64,000 nucleotides of DNA from Promethearchaeota archaeon (GCA_048937405.1 JBHLNF010000001.1:976785-1040784), one strand, 5' to 3'; shown: positions 29,871 through 39,526, numbered from the stretch's first letter. Notes: a model not told the origin generated them from the letters alone. Numbers and translations are program-made.

Positions 29871-31751
29871 ATGGTAATATCTTTAAACTCACAAAAAAAA
29901 GGATATAAACAAATATTATCATTAATTATAAGTATTTTAATATTTCAAGCGATTTTTCCTTATATAAAGGCAGACATTCTGAGCGATGGACCTTTAGAGA
30001 TATCAACACCCCAAAATTCTTTTAACGTCTTTATAGGTAGTAGTATTACTATAACTTGGAGTTTTGAGGTTCCCTCTCATGAATATGCGGTATATTGGGA
30101 AATAATTGGAAATGGTGTCAATAAAAGTGGGTGGGGTCTAACTGCAAATTGTACAACGCCGGTTGTAACTTCTGATGGTAGTGTGTGGACTTATAATTGT
30201 AGTGGATATTATGCAAAATTTCATGTGTGGTGTACCGTATCTGTCATAGGTCAAGAAATAGTGAGTGGTAGAGAGAACGACGGAATTGATGGTATTTACT
30301 CTCAGAAAGTTAATTCTAATGGTGTAACCCGCTGGACTGCGGATGGTAAAGCCATCTGTAGGGCAAGTGGAGACCAAAAAAATCCCCAAATTGTCAGTGA
30401 TGGAGTTGGAGGAGCAATTATTACTTGGGAGGAATCTGATATTTATGCCCAAAAGATAAATTCTAATGGTGAAATCCAATGGACTAAAAATGGTGTAGAA
30501 ATTTGCACATCAAATGGTAATCAAAATTCACCCCAACTAATTAGTGATGGAGCGGGAGGAGCAATTATTACTTGGACGGATAATAGAGACGGAACTAATG
30601 ATATTTACGCTCAGATGGTTAATTCTACCGGTGATATTCAATGGACTAAAAATGGTGTAGAAATTTGCTCATCAAATGGTAATCAAAATTCACCCCAAAT
30701 TATCAGTGATGGAACAGAGGGAGCAATTATTACTTGGACGGATAATAGAGGTGGAACTAATGATATTTACGCTCAAAGAATTAACTCTACCGGTGATATC
30801 CAATGGACTCCTAACGGTATCGCAATCTGCACGGCAAATAGTAATCAAAATTCTCCTCAACTAGTTAGTGATGGAGCAGGAGGAGCAATTATAACTTGGC
30901 AAGATAAAAGAAATGGAACATATTATGATATTTACGCTCAGATGGTTAATTCTAATGGTGATATCCAATGGACTACTCCTAACGGTACCGCAATCTGTAC
31001 GGAAAAAAATAATCAAGAAAGACCTCAAATAGTAAATATTAGTGCAGGTGGTGCAATTATAACTTGGCAAGATAAAAGAAATGGAACATATTATGATATT
31101 TACGCTCAGATGGTTAATTCTAATGGTGATATCCAATGGACTCCTAACGGTACTGCTATATGCACAGCAATTAGAGACCAAATATCCCCTCAACTTGTTA
31201 GTAATGAAACAGGAGGAGTAATTATTACATGGTCTGATTATAAATCAGGTAATTGGGATATCTATGCTCAGAGAATTAACTCTAGCAGCGATATCCAATG
31301 GAGTCCCAATGGTACGGCAATCTGCACGGCAAATAGTAGTCAAATATCCCCTCAAATTGTCAGTGATGGAGCAGGAGGAGCAATGGTCATATGGGAGGAT
31401 TATAGATACAATGATTATGATATCTATATTCAAAAAATCAATCTTAACGGTGTAATTCAATGGAATACCAATGGTCTCGCAATCTGCACAGAAACTGGAG
31501 ACCAAATTTCCCCTCAACTTGTCAATGATGGATCAGGTGGTGTAATTACTACTTGGGATGATGGAAGAAGCGAAGAAGAGCCAGAACCAGAGCCAGAACC
31601 AGAGCCTGAGCCAGAACCAGAACCAGAAAAAAAACCATATTACCCGGGATTTCCTCCTTATGTTATTTTAATTGTATTTTCATTAAGTGTGGTTGTAAGT
31701 GTTATCATATTCCATAAAAAGCTTAAAAGACTAAAATCAAAAAAAAATTAA
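29871..31751 (+). CDS. cell-surface protein: signal peptide, Ig-like domain, 8-repeat beta-propeller, (EP)n linker, PGF-like motif, TM anchor
   Basis: eight PQ.VSDG.GGAIITW.D.R...DIYAQ.(I/V)NS.G.IQW repeats of about 54-56 aa; YPGF-TM-KKLKR tail. Confidence 0.9.
   Translation: MVISLNSQKKGYKQILSLIISILIFQAIFPYIKADILSDGPLEISTPQNSFNVFIGSSITITWSFEVPSHEYAVYWEIIGNGVNKSGWGLTANCTTPVVTSDGSVWTYNCSGYYAKFHVWCTVSVIGQEIVSGRENDGIDGIYSQKVNSNGVTRWTADGKAICRASGDQKNPQIVSDGVGGAIITWEESDIYAQKINSNGEIQWTKNGVEICTSNGNQNSPQLISDGAGGAIITWTDNRDGTNDIYAQMVNSTGDIQWTKNGVEICSSNGNQNSPQIISDGTEGAIITWTDNRGGTNDIYAQRINSTGDIQWTPNGIAICTANSNQNSPQLVSDGAGGAIITWQDKRNGTYYDIYAQMVNSNGDIQWTTPNGTAICTEKNNQERPQIVNISAGGAIITWQDKRNGTYYDIYAQMVNSNGDIQWTPNGTAICTAIRDQISPQLVSNETGGVIITWSDYKSGNWDIYAQRINSSSDIQWSPNGTAICTANSSQISPQIVSDGAGGAMVIWEDYRYNDYDIYIQKINLNGVIQWNTNGLAICTETGDQISPQLVNDGSGGVITTWDDGRSEEEPEPEPEPEPEPEPEPEKKPYYPGFPPYVILIVFSLSVVVSVIIFHKKLKRLKSKKN
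30885..31142 (+). repeat. two identical 90-nt segments inside the propeller repeats (30885-30974 and 31053-31142)
   Basis: GCAATTATAACTTGG...CAATGGACT is exactly repeated; a near-identical pair with 162-nt period starts at 30477/30639. Confidence 0.9.
31578..31628 (+). repeat. hexanucleotide GARCCW repeat encoding the (EP)8 linker
   Basis: gagccagaaccagagccagaacca... Confidence 0.95.
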
Positions 31752-31754
31752 TTC

Positions 31755-32294
31755 ATGCTGATAGAAATGGTTAATTCAGTAAATTATAAGCATAAACGAA
31801 CTAGAATAAGTCTACTTTTTATTATGGCATTATTATTTGGCCAAGTCTTTACTCCTCAAGTTAAAGCTGATGACGAAGATGGACCTCTTAAGATTAGTAA
31901 TGAAGGCTGGATTCAAATACAAGTCAATACAAGTACTACACTTTTTTGGCAGTTTCAAGTTAATACTAATGAACTTGCGATATACTGGGAAATATTAGGA
32001 GATGTTTTTCTTGAATATGGATGGGGACCCGATGCAAATTGTACAACGCCTATTTTAAATGAAACAGGTAAAAATTATGAATACACATGTCATGGTTATT
32101 ATGCAAAATATCATGTATATAGCACAATTATAGTTACATGCACAGCACCAGGTCAAAGCAATGGAAACGGAAATGGAAATAACAGTATTGATCCTATGAT
32201 TTTTTATATTGGTATTCCTGTTGCTTCTGTCGCTGTAATCGCTTTAGGTGTTGTCTTCTATTTGAGACATAAAAAGAAAAAAGCTTTCTTTTAA
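31755..32294 (+). CDS. small surface protein: signal peptide, single Ig-like domain paralogous to the upstream N-terminal domain, TM anchor
   Basis: shared DGPL.IS, A.YWEI.G, GWG..ANCTTP and C.GYYAK.HV motifs; basic tail. Confidence 0.85.
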   Translation: MLIEMVNSVNYKHKRTRISLLFIMALLFGQVFTPQVKADDEDGPLKISNEGWIQIQVNTSTTLFWQFQVNTNELAIYWEILGDVFLEYGWGPDANCTTPILNETGKNYEYTCHGYYAKYHVYSTIIVTCTAPGQSNGNGNGNNSIDPMIFYIGIPVASVAVIALGVVFYLRHKKKKAFF

Positions 32295-32331
32295 ATCTGT
32301 TAAACAATAAATTCTTTTTAGCTTGGATTCA

Positions 32332-32955
32332 ATGATCAATAAAAATTCTAAACCAATTCTTCGATTTAATGGAAAAAAATATATTTTTTCTTTAAAGGCT
32401 ATGATTTTGTTTTTAATTGGTGGACCTTTTCTCTCTTTTCTTATATAAGTGTTTTTGGGCATGAAATTCAATTTTTGGATTCAAGAAATTATTACTAAAC
32501 AAGTTGCTTTTTTATTAACAAACATATTTAATATTAATTCAATCGCCTTATCTAATCCAAATGTGAACAGATACTAGTAAATTTTTATCCATCAAAACAA
32601 TACTTATATTTCAATAGGACCCATGTGTGCTGCTGTACACATTTTTAGTATTTATATCGTACTAATAATTTTCATTCCTCATTCTCAAGATCCTAGTGAA
32701 AAAGAAGATATTATTTGGAGAAAATCAAAAATTCTAATTATATCAATTGGAATAATCTATATTCTGAATTTACTTCGAATCTCTTTAGCTATCAGTTTTC
32801 TTTGTAGTGGATCTTCTTCAAACTTTATCCATAATCTCTTAAATTATTTTTCTGGGTGTATAGCAGCATTGATTTCTATTATTTTTATCTATAAATGGAT
32901 TCCTGAGTTTTTTATTTCAATTTATTATTTATATCCTTTATTTACAAGTAATTAA
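32332..32955 (+). pseudogene. exosortase/archaeosortase family gene with in-frame stop codons
   Basis: single frame from ATG 32332 with TAA 32446 and TAG-TAA 32575-32580; Cys (MCAAVH), Arg (NLLRI) and His (FIHN) triad in a TM context. Confidence 0.75.
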
Positions 32956-33102
32956 TAAGCTGAATATGTTTTATCAATTTTTTTTAATAGAATCAACCTT
33001 TTTGATAATAAAAAAACCTAGTTGTACGTTTTAATTTTCTATAATTCAAAAGACAAAGTTGATAGAATATTTCTGCTAGATTTAAAAAAGAAAAAACTAG
33101 GA

Positions 33103-34554
33103 TTACTTTCTAACAATTTCTTGATGTAACTTATCAATAAACTCAGAAAAATTAACTTTAGAAAACTTGGTATTCAATAATGGGGTTAAGAGAACAGGAA
33201 TAAACTTCTCGTCTTCATAGACAGGGATGATTTTGAACAATCCTTTTTTTCTTAATTGAAATGCTGCCTGCCATTCATCAGAAACAGCTTTAGATTTAAA
33301 ACTATTTTCAGAGCAAAAAAGTATGAACACGTTGCATTTTTCAAGTGTTTTTTCCATATATTCTACTATATTTTCTCCACTATTTTCCTCCCAATAAAAA
33401 ACCTCATTAATGTCTGGATAGGTCTCTAAAGATTTAGCAACATCATTAATTTGAAAGTATGGAGAGTCTAAAGTAGAATAGCTTAGAAAGATGTTCAAAT
33501 CTTTTTTTTTACCTAATTTTACTTTTTTTCCAAGCTTTTTTAGAGGAATAGGACTTATATCTAAGGGCTGAACCTCATCCTTCAAAAAAATAATTGAATC
33601 TTTTTTTATTTGGGCATTAAGTTGTTTAGTGAAAATCATTTCTTCAAGTAAAACTCTGAGTTCTTTTAAATCGATCTCAACTTTGGACTGGATATCCTCA
33701 AATGATAACTCTTCATAAACTGAAGTTAATTTTTTAATGTTAGTAATGAATTCCTTTTTTTTATTTTCTTTTTCCCTACTATAATTGACTATCTCTTGTC
33801 CTTTTTGATCATAATAACGAGATCCAAACTTTTTTTTAATCATTTTTTCAGCAGGATTCTTAAATAGACCTAATTGACTTAAATTACTTAAATGAGAGAG
33901 TCCTGAAATTTCAATAATCTTATTTGCTGTAAAGTTAAGAAATTGTAAATTCTTTAAAGTTTCTAAACCTTCAATTTGACTCAATTTATTATAGGAGAGA
34001 TCTAATTTTTTTAAACTTAGAAGTTTTTCTAAGCCCTCTATTTTTGAAATTGAGTTTTTTGATAAATCCAAAATTTCTAAATTAGTTAAATAATCTAAAC
34101 CATCAATTGCTACAATACTATTTTCACTTAAGTATAATTCATTCAAAATCGGTAAATTATCTAATCCAGTTATTTCATGGATGACGTTATTCTGCAATTT
34201 TAATAATCTTAAGTTAATAAGCTTGTCTAAACCTTCAATTTCAATTATCATATTGTTATTTAGGTTTAAGATTTGCAAATTTAATAGAGTATTAAGTCCG
34301 CTTACTTTTTTTATCAGATTATTTTGGAGGTTAAGAGCTTTTAAATTATATAAATTTTCAAGGCCCCTCATATCGCTAATTTGATTGTAAGATAAATCTA
34401 AAACCTCTAAATTCTTTAATTTCTCAAGTTCAATTATTTCTTCAATATTATGAATTTTTTTCTGACTAATTCTAAGTGTAGTTACTTTTCTGTTAAAAAA
34501 GTCTATATAATTCTTTTCCATTAGAAAGGTCTTATTTTTATATCTTACTGACAT
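33103..34554 (-). CDS. LRR + PCI-like winged helix + TIR domain protein
   Basis: about 9 SDS22-type LRRs (L..L.L..N.I..I.GL); VYEELSFEDI...LEEMIF..QLNAQI; IFLSYS...SENSFKS..V..EW. Confidence 0.9.
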   Translation of the reverse strand: MSVRYKNKTFLMEKNYIDFFNRKVTTLRISQKKIHNIEEIIELEKLKNLEVLDLSYNQISDMRGLENLYNLKALNLQNNLIKKVSGLNTLLNLQILNLNNNMIIEIEGLDKLINLRLLKLQNNVIHEITGLDNLPILNELYLSENSIVAIDGLDYLTNLEILDLSKNSISKIEGLEKLLSLKKLDLSYNKLSQIEGLETLKNLQFLNFTANKIIEISGLSHLSNLSQLGLFKNPAEKMIKKKFGSRYYDQKGQEIVNYSREKENKKKEFITNIKKLTSVYEELSFEDIQSKVEIDLKELRVLLEEMIFTKQLNAQIKKDSIIFLKDEVQPLDISPIPLKKLGKKVKLGKKKDLNIFLSYSTLDSPYFQINDVAKSLETYPDINEVFYWEENSGENIVEYMEKTLEKCNVFILFCSENSFKSKAVSDEWQAAFQLRKKGLFKIIPVYEDEKFIPVLLTPLLNTKFSKVNFSEFIDKLHQEIVRK

Positions 34555-34745
34555 TAGAGCCCTTGTTTTTTCAATGTCTTAAACTAGAATAATTAGAATT
34601 TCTTTATTATTTACTATAAAAACCTTATTATATTTATAATATTACAAAATTCTATTAGAAAAGAAAAAAATAAGAATATTCTAATTATTTTTTTTAGTTT
34701 ATTAGTGAATTTTTTTAATTCATGAGTCTGCTGACATTTCAAAAT

Positions 34746-35150
34746 TTAGGGTCCAAAAAAGTCAGATGGCTTAAGTATATGTTGATTTTCTTCTTTCTCC
34801 TTTTTCACCTTTTTGGAAGGATCAACCCACTCTTCTTCAGAACTTGATGTCTTAACACCTTCAGGTGGTTTCAAGTTAGCTACTGCGGATATAACCTCTG
34901 GTTGTTGGGTAAATGATACTGGTTGGGTAGTAGATAAACTAATTCCCCCTGCTTTTAATTCATTCAATACTTCTTCTAATTTCATCGTATGTTTACTTTT
35001 ATTCAAAGCATTCATGATCTCAACCAGCATCTTCTTGAGAGTGTTGATTTGTTTATCTTTAATTTTTAAAGCGTCATTAAAAGCTTCAAGTATTCTCTCA
35101 TAATCCAGATTAATCTGCTCTTCAAAATATTCGATTTCCTCTTCCCTCAG
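34746..35150 (-). CDS. hypothetical protein with coiled-coil N-terminus; probable CTG start 40 codons upstream of the called ATG
   Basis: frame open upstream of ATG 35030 (LREEEIEYFEEQINLDYERILEAFNDALKIKDKQINTLKK). Confidence 0.6.
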   Translation of the reverse strand: MREEEIEYFEEQINLDYERILEAFNDALKIKDKQINTLKKMLVEIMNALNKSKHTMKLEEVLNELKAGGISLSTTQPVSFTQQPEVISAVANLKPPEGVKTSSSEEEWVDPSKKVKKEKEENQHILKPSDFFGP

Positions 35151-35226
35151 AATTATTAAAGACCAAGCAAAATATCAACAGAAAGCAAAAAGACAGAGAG
35201 AAAAATAATTCTAATCAATTCTTTTT

Positions 35227-35475
35227 TCATTTAATATATTTTACTAAGAATTCCTTAATTCTTTTCAGAAGGAGATCATGGGTCTCTGGATTATCATAAT
35301 CCCCTCTATTTAACAGTCCTTCCTCTTTCGCAATTATATGAAGCCACAGAGATGCCAAAATGTGAAAAGTAGAACGGTAAAATCCCATGGTATGTGCTGC
35401 TTCTTTAATTCTGCCAAAAATCTGCTGAATGAATTCCTTTCGTATTTCTTTTATCTCATCACTTAATGCAGTCAT
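35227..35475 (-). CDS. hypothetical protein (82 aa)
   Basis: clean ORF with protein-like composition. Confidence 0.7.
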   Translation of the reverse strand: MTALSDEIKEIRKEFIQQIFGRIKEAAHTMGFYRSTFHILASLWLHIIAKEEGLLNRGDYDNPETHDLLLKRIKEFLVKYIK

Positions 35476-35565
35476 GGTTATAGAGGAGATATAGGGTTTA
35501 ATGATTAAAGAAGAACAGAGAAACGGTTAAGTGAACTATTGATGGATTTTTATAAGCAGAGCAAA

Positions 35566-36054
35566 TCAAATATTCTGGATTTCAGCACCGCAATTGACAC
35601 AGAATTTCTGATGTTGATCTGAGAGTTTATTCCCACATTCAGGACAGAATCTTTGTTGGGTTGAAATTGTATTTATAGGAGGGGTGGATAGTACTCTTTG
35701 AGGTTCAATTGTTTTTGCTTTAAAAATTGTACTCCACTTTCTTTTTAGGTTTGTGCCGAAAATAATTAGAAATATAGGAATAAGTTCCGCTATTATACTC
35801 CCAATAATAAAAGCTACTACTCTTAAGGGTCTTACAGGACCATAAGGATCATAAATGAAAGAACTAAACAAAAAGATATATAACGAGACGATAATTACCC
35901 CAAGAATTCCTATTACACGCATTACCGACCCCTTTCTCATTTTACTATCTTTAAGATCTCTAAAACAATCATAACAAAACGAGAAAAAATTCATTTGTTC
36001 ATCTTGACTAAGTGGTCTCCCGCATATTTCGCATCTTACTTGAGTAGTAGACAT
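35566..36054 (-). CDS. membrane protein with N- and C-terminal zinc ribbons
   Basis: CEICG..CYDC; two TM helices; FCPECG...FCVNCG. Confidence 0.85.
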   Translation of the reverse strand: MSTTQVRCEICGRPLSQDEQMNFFSFCYDCFRDLKDSKMRKGSVMRVIGILGVIIVSLYIFLFSSFIYDPYGPVRPLRVVAFIIGSIIAELIPIFLIIFGTNLKRKWSTIFKAKTIEPQRVLSTPPINTISTQQRFCPECGNKLSDQHQKFCVNCGAEIQNI

Positions 36055-36116
36055 TATTAATTCAGGATTTTCACTACTATTACCTTATTATAATGTGAAC
36101 GCTTATATAATCTTTT

Positions 36117-36404
36117 CTATAAGAAACTCATCTCTGGTATCAAGCTTTTTTGGATTAAATGGATCCATTGTCGTCGTTCAATATCGGGTGTAATGACTTC
36201 TTGTATTCTATATCTTATAATCTCTATGATATCGCATTTTGGTATGGAACGGGAATCCTTATTTATGAATTGGATGAAATTATTCTCATCGGCAAAAAAG
36301 TCTGAGATATCTTCCTCATTTAAAAACCCAATTTCTGTCCTTATGGATCCGGCATGACCATATCGAAACTTGACTTTGCATAAGACGATATTTATATCTT
36401 CCAT
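36117..36404 (-). CDS. hypothetical protein (95 aa)
   Basis: clean ORF. Confidence 0.6.
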   Translation of the reverse strand: MEDINIVLCKVKFRYGHAGSIRTEIGFLNEEDISDFFADENNFIQFINKDSRSIPKCDIIEIIRYRIQEVITPDIERRQWIHLIQKSLIPEMSFL

Positions 36405-36427
36405 AGAATTATTGGGGAATGAGTATA

Positions 36428-36460
36428 TAAAAAAAAAAAAGAGGGCTTTAAATACCTCCC
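36428..36460 (-). terminator. hairpin plus U-tract, terminator-like
   Basis: minus strand GAGG-N10-CCTC followed by about 12 T. Confidence 0.4.
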
Positions 36461-36567
36461 GAACAAAGATAAGTCAATAGTTTGATCACTATTTTTAAGA
36501 AAAGAGAACTCACATTTTTGCTTAATATCTACCCTTTTCTTTTTCTCTTTTCAAAAATGATGGTACT

Positions 36568-36822
36568 ATTATCGAAATTCCAACGTATTCTCTATCTAAG
36601 CTCTCGAAAGGGAATTTTTATGCTGAATATTTTCTCGACAATACTAATGGTAAAGATCAACTTAAGGAAATAGTGCATATATCAATGTTATATGGCTTTC
36701 GAGTTGAAATTGAGGAGAATGATAAAGGATATTTTTTAAGGATCTACGGTGATTCTCAGCAAGAGGTTGACGACTTTACAAACCGTATAGAGCAAAATTT
36801 TGATATCTCTCCTTATATATGA
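36568..36822 (+). CDS. unannotated hypothetical protein (about 84 aa) with no canonical start at the 5' end
   Basis: open frame IIEIPTYSLSKLSKGNFYAEYF...YGFRVEIEENDKGYFLRIYGDSQQEVDDF...SPYI*. Confidence 0.55.
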   Translation: MIEIPTYSLSKLSKGNFYAEYFLDNTNGKDQLKEIVHISMLYGFRVEIEENDKGYFLRIYGDSQQEVDDFTNRIEQNFDISPYI

Positions 36823-36946
36823 GACTCTAAGAAGAAATCAATTCATTTTATAAGAAAGTAAAAAAATAATATAAATTTCCTATACATCTATTTTAAGATT
36901 CTTTCTATTTCATTTCTTAGTATTCAGTTAGACTCCTCTACCAGAA

Positions 36947-39202
36947 TTACTTGATAGGTCTTGAATTTGCCTGGAATATCGGTCCGATGAATTGTGAATA
37001 CAAACGACTGTAACCTTCTTGATTAGAAACAACAGCAATCATTTCTGCTTCATTATCTGTTGCTGGAGCCAAAATTACCTCCTCAGCATCCCGAGTAACG
37101 GCGAAAAATTCTCCAGCTGTTTGCAATTGTCGGAATTGTATATTTCCGAGCTGCTTCATCTTTGATATGATCCCGCTAAATTTTTGCAAATCCCAATGTG
37201 ATGTAAGCATGAACCTTACTGCTTTCTTCTGGAAAGCGTATTCCGAAACAACTTGTAATATATCAGGAACAACATAAGGAGTAACTATGATAATTGATGA
37301 TTTTACACGATATATAGCATCTTTAATAGCAGCAACCATGGCATCTTTTCCAACTACAGGCCAGGTGGTTACTTTGGCTATTTCTGGAATTGAATTAGAG
37401 GCATTATGAATATCATTTAATTTTTCCTCATTAGTCTCTGCTAATTCAGTCCCATCATCAATAGAGTTCATAAATTGTAATGTAAAATCGGCGATTGCAT
37501 CTTTTACATTTTGAATGGTGTCTCTTGTGGTATTCGATAGACTATTTTGAAGCGTCTTTGCGTTTTGTTCATACTTGGATTTGTGATCAACAAGCATATC
37601 ACTCAAATTTGTATTCATATCTTTAGCTTCAGTATCCCATAATCTGATTTCCCCATCGATTTTATCTGAACAATCTCGTTTACCATTAGCAAAATTCATA
37701 TCAACATCTCTATTCCAATCTGCATTTAATTTTTTAACTTCAACATCAAAATCAGAGTAATTTTTTAAGGAATTTTCCTTATGCGTGTTTATTGCATCAT
37801 CATATTGTCTTTGATGCGTTTTGAGTGAGTTTTCTAAGGAATCTTTTAATTTTATATTGGTATCAGAACAATCTTTTACACCACTTTGCAAAGTATCATC
37901 CACTTCACCAGATAGATCGGTAGCCAGAGTTGATAATTGAGCATCAACAGTTTCTTGAGCACGGTAATCAAGATCGTTAGTTTCTGTAGCAAGACCTTCA
38001 TTTTCTTTGACCATTATATCTGTTACGTCAGATTTAATTTGATCTGTGGTTCCTCGAGTATCAGCAATATAATCATCGCATGTTTTAATAAAATCTGGTT
38101 TCATTGGTTCACTATATTTTAAGACGTTTTCGATTGTAGTCTGATGTCTTGCTTTATACTTTTTCTTTTTTCCCATCCAGAAAAATCCTTTTTTTGCCAT
38201 GTCTTCACTAAAATCAGTGAATCTATTTGCGTGTTCAAGTAAATTATCAATTAAGGTTAGAGTCATACTTTTAAAATCATTTGTTTGATCTGTTAATGTT
38301 CTATGCCTATCATCAACCATGGCTTTTAAATTTACTTGTAGAGTATCTGTAGTATTTTTCAAATGATTCATATGTTCTTTCAATAAATTTGAAATTTTAG
38401 CTTTTAAATCAGTAATAACTTTATCCATACGTTCCAAATATTTCTCCAATATTTGTTCCATTTTAGGTTTAAGTTGGTTTGCTGTATTTTTATGTCTTTC
38501 AATATGCTCATCCAATTCCATCTTTAATTCTTTTTCCAAATTTTCGACCCTAGTAGAAAAATCAAGTAATAATTTTGAAATTAATGAAGTCAGGTCATCT
38601 TTAGTTTTATTAACTTCTGCTTCATTTTTGCTAACAATTGAATCTGAAATTTTCTTTAGATCTGAATTTAAATTATCCATAATGGAATGTAAATTCGACT
38701 CTAATGTTTTGGAAGTTTCAGTAAACCGATTAGTAGCATTATCAATCCGTTTTTTTTTATTATTATTTTTGGAATCAGAATCTTCAAAAAAAGCAGTAAT
38801 TTGAGTATCAACAGCATTTTCTACTTCTCCAATACTTTTATCTTGAATTGCTTCAAGTTTTTCAAAACGATCTGATTGATCACCCAAAATTGTATCCTTT
38901 ATTTTCGCAATCTCATTTCTAAATTTTTCTGATTCATTGATGAATAGCTCAAAATATGGTTGAAGAGGTATGTATCTCTCAATAATTCCCTCAATCTTTT
39001 TAAGAAAACCTTTGTCAACTAACCAATTAGTAATTTCTAATACTGTTTCATATGATAAATCTTCATGATCCTCAACAAGAGTCATATATACTTCAGAGGT
39101 AGTTGCTCTAGGAACTCTTAAATAAACCAAATAAATATTAATATGATCCTCAGTAAAACCATATCGCGTGAATACTTCTTTAGTGAAATCTTTTAACGAC
39201 AT
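36947..39202 (-). CDS. long coiled-coil protein with N-terminal TrmB-like winged helix and C-terminal PLD-like alpha/beta domain
   Basis: IYLVYL...L.DKGFLKKIEG...Y.PL.P; about 500 aa heptad-rich core; SSIIIVTP...RDAEEVILAP. Confidence 0.75.
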   Translation of the reverse strand: MSLKDFTKEVFTRYGFTEDHINIYLVYLRVPRATTSEVYMTLVEDHEDLSYETVLEITNWLVDKGFLKKIEGIIERYIPLQPYFELFINESEKFRNEIAKIKDTILGDQSDRFEKLEAIQDKSIGEVENAVDTQITAFFEDSDSKNNNKKKRIDNATNRFTETSKTLESNLHSIMDNLNSDLKKISDSIVSKNEAEVNKTKDDLTSLISKLLLDFSTRVENLEKELKMELDEHIERHKNTANQLKPKMEQILEKYLERMDKVITDLKAKISNLLKEHMNHLKNTTDTLQVNLKAMVDDRHRTLTDQTNDFKSMTLTLIDNLLEHANRFTDFSEDMAKKGFFWMGKKKKYKARHQTTIENVLKYSEPMKPDFIKTCDDYIADTRGTTDQIKSDVTDIMVKENEGLATETNDLDYRAQETVDAQLSTLATDLSGEVDDTLQSGVKDCSDTNIKLKDSLENSLKTHQRQYDDAINTHKENSLKNYSDFDVEVKKLNADWNRDVDMNFANGKRDCSDKIDGEIRLWDTEAKDMNTNLSDMLVDHKSKYEQNAKTLQNSLSNTTRDTIQNVKDAIADFTLQFMNSIDDGTELAETNEEKLNDIHNASNSIPEIAKVTTWPVVGKDAMVAAIKDAIYRVKSSIIIVTPYVVPDILQVVSEYAFQKKAVRFMLTSHWDLQKFSGIISKMKQLGNIQFRQLQTAGEFFAVTRDAEEVILAPATDNEAEMIAVVSNQEGYSRLYSQFIGPIFQANSRPIK

Positions 39203-39526
39203 AAATTTATCTCCATCGTTATAATAAATATTTTTGTAAAATTCAAATTAAAATAAATTTAAGATGAATTCCTTATTAATATTTTAATCAGAAAAAGTTT
39301 AATAATATTTTCAAAATTCTGATATTAAAATTTAAGGTTCAAGGAAATCTCTTTAATTAAGAATAAATGGAATTTAACATATGATTAGATTCTATTTTTA
39401 TAATAATTAACACTTTTAAGCCAGTTTTATTAAAATTCATTACTTTATTTGGGAAATTTTATTCCTCAATGCTTTTTATATCACTCTCGTTTATTATCTT
39501 AAACCAAATTAGGTGTTAAAATAAGA

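Noticed and set aside
30400-31560. CRISPR array or DGR template/variable repeat pair
   Set aside because: Repeats are in-frame protein blades; differences are not adenine-specific and no reverse transcriptase is present.
32332-32955. Stop-codon recoding (Sec/Pyl) or a BHB intron in the archaeosortase-like frame
   Set aside because: The stops are TAA, TAG and TAA, TAA ends most genes here, and no BHB-like pairing was seen around them; decay is simpler.
36482-36673. 63-aa plus-strand ORF from the track
   Set aside because: Composition is poor, and the overlapping frame 36568-36822 looks more protein-like.
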